Source: Acidobacteriaceae bacterium
Lineage (GTDB): Bacteria > Acidobacteriota > Terriglobia > Terriglobales > Acidobacteriaceae
Reading direction: 5' to 3'
NCBI GenBank assembly: GCA_003151875.1
Contig: PLYW01000302.1
Span: 1-36,318, forward strand
DNA: 36,318 nucleotides
The position numbers and the translations under genes are program-made. How positions within the stretch are numbered: the stretch's first letter is position 1; each line of letters begins with the position of its first letter. Shown here one piece after another: positions 23,438 to 30,748 of the stretch. A model generated the notes under the pieces. The model saw only the letters and a list, made by a program, of their open reading frames with translations, searched no databases and was not told the origin of the DNA.

Positions 23438-24656
23438 CACATTACGACGAGGCGAGGCGGGACGCGCCGGCGACGACATTCGCTCCGACTTGCACGTCAG
23501 CTTCGAAGAACGCGCCAGCGGCGGGATTGAGATCGGCCTGCGCTCGCGCGTTGAGCTGTATTACGGCGAGGTCATCCGGCGGCAGGTGTGCGACGTCCTG
23601 TGCACGCTGGGCGTCGAGCATGCGCTAATCGGGATCATGGACGAAGGCGCGCTGCCATTCGTGATCGCAGCGCGCATCGAGGCAGGGGTGCGCCGCGCTG
23701 GACTCGCGCAAGGCAAGTCAGCGCTGCCAGAGGCGGTAACGCTTGCGGCGCCGTCGCTGCGAGACCGTCTGCGGCGCTCCCGCCTTTATCTTCCGGGCAA
23801 TGAACCCAAATATTTCATCAACGCCGGACTGCATGGGCCGGACGCGGTCATTCTCGACCTGGAAGATTCGGTGCACTATGCCGAGAAAGACGCGGCGCGG
23901 CTGCTGGTTCGCAATGCGCTACGGGCCGTGGATTTCGGTACCGCGGAACGCATGGTCCGGATCAATCAGCTTCCGCTCGGTCTGGCCGACCTGGAAGAGA
24001 TTGTTCCGCAGTCGCCCGATGTCATCCTGATTCCGAAAGTCGAAGCCGCTGCGCAGATATCTGACGTTGTGGGAGCTGTTGATTCGATCACGCAACGAGT
24101 GGGCGTCACGCGTCCCATCTGGCTGATGCCGATTCTCGAATCCGCGCTGGGCATCGAGAATGCGTTCGCCATCGCGACCGCTTCGGGGCGCATTGCCGCC
24201 ATCACTCTCGGATTGGAGGACTACACCGCCGATCTCGGAGTTGCCAAGACCGCAGGCGGAAGCGAGTCGCTCTATGCCCGCCAGCGCGTGGTGAATGCCG
24301 CCCACGCCGCCCACGTGCAGGCCATTGACTCCGTGTATGGTGACGTAGTCGACACCGACGGACTGCTGCACTGGGGCGAGGCTTCATGCGCCATGGGGTT
24401 TGAAGGCATGGGATGTATTCACCCGGTGCAAATTGAAATCATTCATCGCGCCTTTGCGCCTGCGCCAAACGAGCTAGAGAAGGCGCAGGCAATCGTTGCG
24501 GCCTTCGAAGAGGCGCAAGCTCGCGGACTTGCCGTGGTGAGCCTCGGGTCCAAGATGATTGACGCTCCCGTAGTGCAGCGCGCAGTGAAGTTGGTCGCAC
24601 GCGCCAGGAAGATGGGCATCATCGCCGATCAGGCGTCAGCAGGAGATCCATCATGA
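23415..24656 (+). CDS. citE: Fusion of a citrate lyase acyl-carrier (CitD, gamma)-like domain and a CitE (beta, citryl-CoA lyase / HpcH-HpaI aldolase) domain
   Basis: Residues ~1-95 align without gaps to E. coli CitD as I recall it (IEIGLRSRVELYYGEVI..., MDEGALPFVIAARIEAG). Residues ~115-413 are CitE-like (RRSRLYLPGNEPKY, DAVILDLEDSV, MVRINQL). The start overlaps the dehydrogenase gene by 23 nt. Confidence 0.85.
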   Translation: MPAVAGISTLRRGEAGRAGDDIRSDLHVSFEERASGGIEIGLRSRVELYYGEVIRRQVCDVLCTLGVEHALIGIMDEGALPFVIAARIEAGVRRAGLAQGKSALPEAVTLAAPSLRDRLRRSRLYLPGNEPKYFINAGLHGPDAVILDLEDSVHYAEKDAARLLVRNALRAVDFGTAERMVRINQLPLGLADLEEIVPQSPDVILIPKVEAAAQISDVVGAVDSITQRVGVTRPIWLMPILESALGIENAFAIATASGRIAAITLGLEDYTADLGVAKTAGGSESLYARQRVVNAAHAAHVQAIDSVYGDVVDTDGLLHWGEASCAMGFEGMGCIHPVQIEIIHRAFAPAPNELEKAQAIVAAFEEAQARGLAVVSLGSKMIDAPVVQRAVKLVARARKMGIIADQASAGDPS

Positions 24657-26260
24657 GCGCGGGCGTGGCAAGCGGCTTAGTCACGAACGCTGCCGGCCGG
24701 CGAGTGCCAACTCATGTCAACGGTCGCGAACAGGCGCCATACCAAGGAGTCAATCAACACACGCCCTTGGGAAATAAAGCCGGCCCGCCGATTCGCAGCA
24801 GCAGCGAGTATCCCACAAACGGGGACAAGCGCCTCCCCGACTTGGAAACCGCGCTGCGCCTCTGCGGACTGCGTGATGGCACGACCATCAGCAGCCATCA
24901 CCATCTGCGCAATGGAGACCGGGTCGCGCTCACCGCGTTGCAAACCGCCGCGCGCATGGGCGCCAAGGAGCTGGTCTGGTTTCCCAGCGCGTCGTTTCCG
25001 TGCCACGAGCCGGTGATCGATCTGATGAAGTCTGGCGCGGTGCATCACATCGAAGGCAGCATGAATGGGCCGCTCGGCGATTATTGCTCGCACGGACACA
25101 TGCGCGGCCTGGGAGTGTTGCGCTCGCACGGGGGACGATGGCAGGCGGTGCAGGATGGTGAAGTCCACATTGACATCGCGGTGATTGCCGCGCCCACGGC
25201 GGACTTCTTCGGCAATGCCGATGGCTCGCACGGAAGGTCGGCATGCGGTTCGCTGGGATTTGCGCTCGCCGATTCCGTTTATGCCGATCGCGTCATCGTT
25301 GTAACCGACAATCTGGTGCCGTTCCCTTGCATTCCCTGGCAGATCCAGGGCAACAACGTTGACTACGTGGTCGAGGTTGACTCCATCGGCGATCCTTCAC
25401 TGATTGTGAGCGGCACTACGCAGATCACGCGCAGTCCCGATCGCCTGCGAATCTCCGAGCTGGTGGCGCGCTTTCTGCGCGACAGCGGCATCATGCGCGA
25501 TGGCTTCTCCTTCCAGGCGGGCGCGGGTGGCATCGCGCTGGCGTTTGTGGATTACCTGGCTGGCATGATGAAACAAGCCAACGTGAGAGCGAGCTTCGTG
25601 CGCGGAGGCTCAACCAAGTATCTGGTCGATCTGCTCAACGAAGGTCTCATCGGATACATTCTCGACGGGCAGACGTTCGACTTGGATGCCGTGCATTCGA
25701 TCGCCAGCAACGCTCGTCATGTGGCCACCAGTCCGTTCACTTCGTACAACTTTCACGGCAAGGGCAACTTTGCTTCCATGGTTGACGCCGCCGTGCTAGG
25801 CGCAACCGAGGTTGACGTCAACTTCAATGCAAATGTCGTGACCCACTCGGACGGGCGGTTGCTGCACGGAATTGGCGGCTGGCAGAACTGCCTGTTCGCA
25901 GGATGCACGATTCTTGCGGTCCCGTCGTTCCGCGATCGCATTCCGGTGATCGTTGACGAAGTGACTACGGTGACCGGGCCGGGTGAACTGATCGACGTGG
26001 TTGCGACCGAACGCGGCATTGCCATCAATCCACGGCGGCAGGACTTACTCGACGCGGTGAAGGGCAAAGGACTGCCGATTCGTTCCATCGAAGAACTGCA
26101 AGCCGAAGTGGAGAAGATCTGCGGCGGCAAACCAGCCAAGCCCCGGCTCCTTGACCGTCCCGTGGCCGTCGTGAAGTGGGTAGATGGAACCGTGCTCGAC
26201 ACTGTGTGGCAGGTGGTGGACGACAATCCCTACGCGCCCAAGGTCAGCGGTGGCGAGTAA
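24653..26260 (+). CDS. citF: Citrate lyase alpha subunit / citrate CoA-transferase (CitF)-like protein
   Basis: The sequence is CitF-like throughout (LRDGTTISSHHHLRNGD, SHGGRWQAVQDGEVHIDIAVIAAPTADFFGNADG, QAGAGGIALA). An ATGA start/stop overlap links it to the CitDE gene. Confidence 0.88.
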   Translation: MSAGVASGLVTNAAGRRVPTHVNGREQAPYQGVNQHTPLGNKAGPPIRSSSEYPTNGDKRLPDLETALRLCGLRDGTTISSHHHLRNGDRVALTALQTAARMGAKELVWFPSASFPCHEPVIDLMKSGAVHHIEGSMNGPLGDYCSHGHMRGLGVLRSHGGRWQAVQDGEVHIDIAVIAAPTADFFGNADGSHGRSACGSLGFALADSVYADRVIVVTDNLVPFPCIPWQIQGNNVDYVVEVDSIGDPSLIVSGTTQITRSPDRLRISELVARFLRDSGIMRDGFSFQAGAGGIALAFVDYLAGMMKQANVRASFVRGGSTKYLVDLLNEGLIGYILDGQTFDLDAVHSIASNARHVATSPFTSYNFHGKGNFASMVDAAVLGATEVDVNFNANVVTHSDGRLLHGIGGWQNCLFAGCTILAVPSFRDRIPVIVDEVTTVTGPGELIDVVATERGIAINPRRQDLLDAVKGKGLPIRSIEELQAEVEKICGGKPAKPRLLDRPVAVVKWVDGTVLDTVWQVVDDNPYAPKVSGGE

Positions 26261-26326
26261 TGCGCCGGCAATAGCGCGATTTGCCTTCAGCCTGGCAAAC
26301 TCTCCGGCAGAAGCATCTCCCTGATC

Positions 26327-26671
26327 TCAATTGGCCGGGACGATTCGCGCCTTCGGCCAGACGGCATCTTTGGCGCGTGGCTGGCCTGGACCGCAGGTTA
26401 TGCTCCTGACAAACTGAGGCGCGTGGTCGTCATCGCGCTTGAAGATGTAAGCGCGAATCTTGTAGCAGATTCCCTCGTCGGCGCCGGCGCGCGCGATGTC
26501 CTGCGGCGATTCGGCCGCTACCAACGGTCGCGGCCCGCTGTCTGTTGCCATCGGCGAGCTCAGGCCCGCGAGATTCGGGCTTATGACCGGGCTGTCAAGT
26601 GTGGCCGGCGGCTGGCTGGCGTGGCCGAGGGCAGCGGCTATCAGGATGAAGCACAGCGTGAAGCGAGCCAT
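26327..26671 (-). CDS. Hypothetical small secreted protein
   Basis: An internal ATG at 26671 is preceded by an AAGGAGGG RBS and followed by a signal peptide (MARFTLCFILIAAALGHASQ). I recognise no family. Confidence 0.5.
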   Translation of the reverse strand: MARFTLCFILIAAALGHASQPPATLDSPVISPNLAGLSSPMATDSGPRPLVAAESPQDIARAGADEGICYKIRAYIFKRDDDHAPQFVRSITCGPGQPRAKDAVWPKARIVPAN

Positions 26672-27119
26672 AAACAAGCCCTCCTTTGCGCGTAGGATAG
26701 CACCGTTCCGGACGGTTGAACGAGCGATTGGGACGAACTGCTCAGCCAGTTTCCGATACGACGAAAGCGGCACGATGGGCACGGCCTCAGGGGGATGTTC
26801 TGGCCGAGCGGAACTGGCACTCTACATTTAGCAACGCAGTGAAACCCGGCCGCCATATAAGAAACTGTATGGGCGGCGAAGCGACGCAGGTTACCATTCT
26901 CCTCCTTACCCCACGCACCTGCCGCAGGGTTTTCCAGCAAGGCAGGCTGACCCAGCGGACACGCTCCGCTGGGTCTTGGTTCCTAGAGGGAAAATCGGTA
27001 ACCCGCTATCGTCTTGCGCAAAGCTGCACCTCGTATCACATCCTCGAAGCGGCGGTTGTGTTCTAATACTATGGGCTGGGTTGAGCCATGCTCTGTGGTG
27101 TCCCACACGGAGGAACCTG

Positions 27120-27422
27120 ATGGACGAGCGCGAGCTGTATGACGAGCGGCAAGAGACCAGGAAAGCCACCTTAAACTGCCCTCATTGCCATCAGGCTGCC
27201 GAATACGATTTGGGCTGGTTCGTCCGCACCAAGAAGCGTCAATTACCTCCACGCGCTGACGAACGTGACCGCGCGAAATTTGCCAAAGCCCGCTCCTACA
27301 TGGTCCGGCGCGACGACCTGGTCGCCTGCAAGAACATTCGCTGCCGCAAGCGCTTTGAGGTCTCGGGCGTTCAGTCGGTGGCCTTTCTCGATGAACAGGT
27401 GAAACCCGAAACCCGGCAGTGA
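27120..27422 (+). CDS. Hypothetical zinc-ribbon-like protein (CxxC ... CxxxxC)
   Basis: The ATG at 27120 follows a GGAGGA RBS. The 100-aa product has CPHC and CKNIRC pairs and a basic centre. The upstream part of the ORF-track ORF (from 26976) is rejected. Confidence 0.55.
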   Translation: MDERELYDERQETRKATLNCPHCHQAAEYDLGWFVRTKKRQLPPRADERDRAKFAKARSYMVRRDDLVACKNIRCRKRFEVSGVQSVAFLDEQVKPETRQ

Positions 27423-27563
27423 CTGGCTGGCCGCCGGATGAATCCTTACGGTTTCACGTCAGGTCTCATCTTCTAGAATCCTGATGGACAGAATGAACTG
27501 GAACAACCAACGCGATGGTTCTGTGCCACCGCGCAGGACAAATCTACCGCGAGAGTTGAGCCG

Positions 27564-28685
27564 GTGATGGCGGGCCTCAAGAAGTTTTGGCAGCGCGTCA
27601 CCGACGGCATGAAGCTCAACGAGCTCTGGAATCAGTTCCAGGCCGACGCTCGTTCCAGTTATCGCCTCTACTCCCAGGACGTAGATTCCACTCGCACCGC
27701 GGGAGTATCCAAGCGCAAACACTTCTTCAATGTCGCGCGCCAGTTTTTCTGGGCGATGCTGGAAAAATTGACTCCGGCGCGCCGCGTTCTGCTGTTGCTT
27801 GCACTGGTGTTCCTCTTTACCAACATAGGAGGTTCCGGGCAGGACAATACTGGAGGAGCGAGGGTCTTCTGGTTTAGCGGTTCCTTTTGGGGCGGCCTGT
27901 TGCTGCTGGTCCTGGTGATTCTGGAAGTCGCCGACCGGGTAGTCATGAAGCGCGATCTCCAGATCGCCAAAGAAATCCAGGCATGGCTGCTGCCGGCGAG
28001 TCCTCCCGCTGTGCCCGGCCTCGAGATCGCGTTTGCCACCCGTCCGGCGAACACCGTGGCCGGCGACTACTACGATGTCTTCGCGCGCCCCGGTTCAGGG
28101 CCAGCCGGCGAAACATTCCTTATTGCAGTGGCTGACGTGGCCGGGAAAAGCATCCCGGCCGCCATGCTGATGGCTACCTTCCAAGCCAGCCTGAAGACGC
28201 TTTCCACAACGCCGGGCTCGCTGGTCGAACTGCTGGGCCGCATGAACGCGTATGCCTGCAGCAACAGCCAGAACGGCCGCCGCTTCACCACTACGTTTAT
28301 CGCCGAATACAATCCGGTATTGCGGACCTTAAACTACGTCAATGCCGGCCATAACAATCCGATACTGCGGCGCCAGACCGGCAGCATTGAGCGCTTGCAG
28401 ATTGGCGGCGTGCCGCTCGGCATTCTGGAGAATGCTCCTTATGAGTCAGGCTCGGTGACGCTGCAAACTGGCGACTGGCTGGTGATCTTTACCGACGGCG
28501 TGGTTGAAGCCGAGAACCAGCGGCAAGAGGAGTATGGTGAGGCCCGGTTATTCGGGGTGCTGCAGGCAGGTTTGAACTATGCTCCCGCCGTGCTGCTGAA
28601 TTCCATCATGGGCGACCTCGACCGTTTCGTCGCCAACGCCCCGCAGCACGATGACGTTACGCTGATGCTGCTGCGAGCCGGCTAG
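27564..28685 (+). CDS. Membrane-anchored PP2C-family (SpoIIE/RsbU-like) serine/threonine phosphatase
   Basis: Two N-terminal TM segments precede SpoIIE-type motifs: AKEIQAWLLP, GDYYDVF, IAVADVAGKSIPAAMLMA, NAGHNNPIL, FTDGVVEA and DDVTLMLL. Confidence 0.88.
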   Translation: MMAGLKKFWQRVTDGMKLNELWNQFQADARSSYRLYSQDVDSTRTAGVSKRKHFFNVARQFFWAMLEKLTPARRVLLLLALVFLFTNIGGSGQDNTGGARVFWFSGSFWGGLLLLVLVILEVADRVVMKRDLQIAKEIQAWLLPASPPAVPGLEIAFATRPANTVAGDYYDVFARPGSGPAGETFLIAVADVAGKSIPAAMLMATFQASLKTLSTTPGSLVELLGRMNAYACSNSQNGRRFTTTFIAEYNPVLRTLNYVNAGHNNPILRRQTGSIERLQIGGVPLGILENAPYESGSVTLQTGDWLVIFTDGVVEAENQRQEEYGEARLFGVLQAGLNYAPAVLLNSIMGDLDRFVANAPQHDDVTLMLLRAG

Positions 28686-28745
28686 ATCACTTCACCAGCG
28701 ATGTTCGTGTGGCCAGCAGCCTGCCTGACCGCGACTCTGCTTGCG

Positions 28746-29141
28746 TCATTCCACCGCTTTCCCGAACAGCGCACTCACCCCTGCGATGTTGGGAAGCAGC
28801 TCCGCAGGAAAATTGTGGCGCTGCTGTAAGTACGCAGGATCGTTGTAGCTCAGCCAAACCTTCCCTTCCGCGTCCTGCCAGAACAATGCTTTCAGTGGCA
28901 GATCGATGGCAACACTGGGAGCAGCCTGCATCAAGGGAGTTCCGCCCTTCGGACTGCCGAAGATGAGCAGCTTGGTAGGGCGCATGGCGAGCCCAACCTT
29001 CGCGGCCTCGCCGCTGTGATCTATGCGCGCGAAGATAGTTACGCCGCGCTCCTTGAGCAGCGCTTCGAGGCGCTGCATGGTTTCTTCAACGCTGTGTTGA
29101 CTTGCCAGATGGATGAGCCCGTTCTGCGCGTTCACAGTCAT
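28746..29141 (-). CDS. DUF302-domain protein
   Basis: The pattern (VEETMQRLEALLKERGVTIFARIDH...TKLLIFGSPKGGTPLM...AIDLPLKALFWQD) is typical of DUF302. The ATG at 29141 follows a GGAGG RBS. The longer ORF-track start is rejected. Confidence 0.8.
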   Translation of the reverse strand: MTVNAQNGLIHLASQHSVEETMQRLEALLKERGVTIFARIDHSGEAAKVGLAMRPTKLLIFGSPKGGTPLMQAAPSVAIDLPLKALFWQDAEGKVWLSYNDPAYLQQRHNFPAELLPNIAGVSALFGKAVE

Positions 29142-29244
29142 TTCGACGCCTCCGTTTCGTTGCGGATGCCTCTGCGCGGCCGAGCCATTATGGACGGCGA
29201 CAATCGCTGTCAGCAAGCCGCGCCTGGCAACACTCCGTGTAAGA

Positions 29245-29880
29245 ATGGAAGCGATGCCATCGAGCCGCTGGGATGCTGTCATCTTCGACTATGGGCGAGT
29301 GCTGAGCCTCGCGCCTTCGGACGCTGAATTGCAGGAATTTGCGACGCTGGTTGGCGTCACCGAGCCGCCCTTCTTCGAAATCTACTCTGCCACTCGCCAT
29401 GACTACGACTGCGGCCGCGCCGATTTCCGGCAACACTGGCAGGCTTTCTCCGTAGTTGCCGGCGTGGAACTCCGGCCCGCGCAAGTGGAGCGCATCGCCG
29501 ACATGGAAACGCTCATGTGGCTACGCGTCAATCCCGAGGCGCTCGCGCTGGCGCGCCAGATCAAGGCAAACGGGGTGCGGACCGCCATCCTCTCCAATAT
29601 TCCTCACGACCTGCTGGCCGAGGTGCGTAAATTCAGTTGGCTCGATGAATTCCAGGTAAAGATTTGGTCATGCGAGCTGGGCATCTTGAAGCCTGATCCG
29701 GCCATCTACCGCGCTTGCCTTTACGCTCTGGGTTGCCGCGCCGAACGGACGCTGTTCTTCGACGACCGTGCCAACAACGTGGAAGGCGCTCGCGATCTGG
29801 GCATGGAGGCGCACATCTTCAAATCCGCGGGACAGGCGACGGCGATTGTGCGAGCAGGGATGGACAGCAGCAGTCAGTAG
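29245..29880 (+). CDS. HAD-superfamily hydrolase, subfamily IA variant 3 (YihX-like)
   Basis: Motif I is VIFDYGRVL (the DxG variant seen in YihX-type enzymes). Motif IV is LFFDDRANNVEGARDLGMEA. The start is at 29245 or 29254. Confidence 0.8.
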   Translation: MEAMPSSRWDAVIFDYGRVLSLAPSDAELQEFATLVGVTEPPFFEIYSATRHDYDCGRADFRQHWQAFSVVAGVELRPAQVERIADMETLMWLRVNPEALALARQIKANGVRTAILSNIPHDLLAEVRKFSWLDEFQVKIWSCELGILKPDPAIYRACLYALGCRAERTLFFDDRANNVEGARDLGMEAHIFKSAGQATAIVRAGMDSSSQ

Positions 29881-29898
29881 TCAGTGGTCAGATGTCAG
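29873..29898 (+). repeat. Four GTCAG pentamers at an exact 7-nt period (GTCAGNN x4) spanning the HAD stop codon
   Basis: GTCAG begins at 29873, 29880, 29887 and 29894 (cagtcagtagtcagtggtcagatgtcagat). Confidence 0.7.
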
Positions 29899-29945
29899 AT
29901 TTGGCAAAGCTCCTGACCTTTAACCGCTATTTCCTACGACCCCAA

Positions 29946-29997
29946 TTGTCATCCCGACCGAGCCCGCTGCGACGGGCGAGCGGAGGGATCTGCGGTT
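29946..29997 (+). repeat. Unit of the TTGTCATC...GAGGGATCTGC interspersed repeat
   Basis: The sequence is ttgtcatcccgaccgagcccgctgcgacgggcgagcggagggatctgcggtt. The head and tail match the units at 1035 and 3164. An internal gcccg-ctgcga-cgggc hairpin is present. Confidence 0.5.
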
Positions 29998-30173
29998 CGC
30001 GACTCAGCCCGTGGCGTAACCGGCAACAAATCTTCCGAGAAATGTTGCAACTTTCTCGTGGTTTCGCGTTCAATCATTTAAGGGCTGTGCTCTGGAAGTG
30101 TGCTCCCGACTCTCAGGCGTTGGTCGCCGATTGTTAGGAAAGATAAGTTCTTGTACAAAGGAGGCACCCGCAC

Positions 30174-30665
30174 ATGCGAGGCGCTCGTTTACTTCATCTC
30201 ATCTTCCTACTAACTTTCTTGCTGGTTCTGCCTGTCCTGGCGCAAGCTCCTACCGATCAAGCCCTGACCAATGCCGACATCGTCAAGATGATGAAGGCGG
30301 CCCTTCCCGAGAGCGTCATCCTGCGTGAGATCCGGATGTCGAACACCGATTTCGCCACCAGCCCGGCGGCGCTGACCGAATTGAAAAAACAGGGCGCGTC
30401 GGAAAGAATTTTGGGGGCGGTCCTCGACAGCCGAATGGGCATCAGTCAGCCCGAGCCAGAACCGCGGGCGACACCGCGTGTTGTTGCGCAAGTCGCGGCG
30501 CCCGGCCTTCACCATCTGCCCTCCGTTGAAGCCGACATGCGGATCAATTCCACCGCCAATGGCCATCTTTCGATGGGCCACAATCACATACAGGTGGACC
30601 ACTCCGGCGTGCCCCTGTTCAGCCTGGAATGGAAAGACATCAAGAACCCGAATAGCGGCAAATAG
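30174..30665 (+). CDS. Hypothetical secreted protein
   Basis: An AAAGGAGG RBS is followed by a clear signal peptide (MRGARLLHLIFLLTFLLVLPVLAQA). I recognise no family. Confidence 0.6.
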   Translation: MRGARLLHLIFLLTFLLVLPVLAQAPTDQALTNADIVKMMKAALPESVILREIRMSNTDFATSPAALTELKKQGASERILGAVLDSRMGISQPEPEPRATPRVVAQVAAPGLHHLPSVEADMRINSTANGHLSMGHNHIQVDHSGVPLFSLEWKDIKNPNSGK

Positions 30666-30748
30666 GAACGAGTCGCCGGAGCGGCTGAAACATACTCTCC
30701 TCTGATTCCGTATTATTCTCGGTGGGCATTCCGTCTTAGGAAAACTGG

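Noticed and set aside
26261-26326. Possible bidirectional terminator between the convergent CitF and secreted-protein genes. The same question applies at 28686-28745 between the PP2C and DUF302 genes.
   Set aside because: Only short (5-bp or less) imperfect stems are present and there is no T-tract. The evidence is insufficient.
26783-27119. Possible riboswitch or tRNA-like element in the long spacer (for example ggttcctagagggaaaatcggtaacccgc).
   Set aside because: I could not match it by eye to the cobalamin, TPP, SAM, c-di-GMP or other consensus cores I know, and found no cloverleaf. Only the 26949-26975 hairpin is reported. It needs an Rfam scan.
27459-27722. An 87-aa minus-strand ORF overlapping the start of the PP2C phosphatase gene.
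   Set aside because: It overlaps a well-supported gene and has no RBS or recognisable features.
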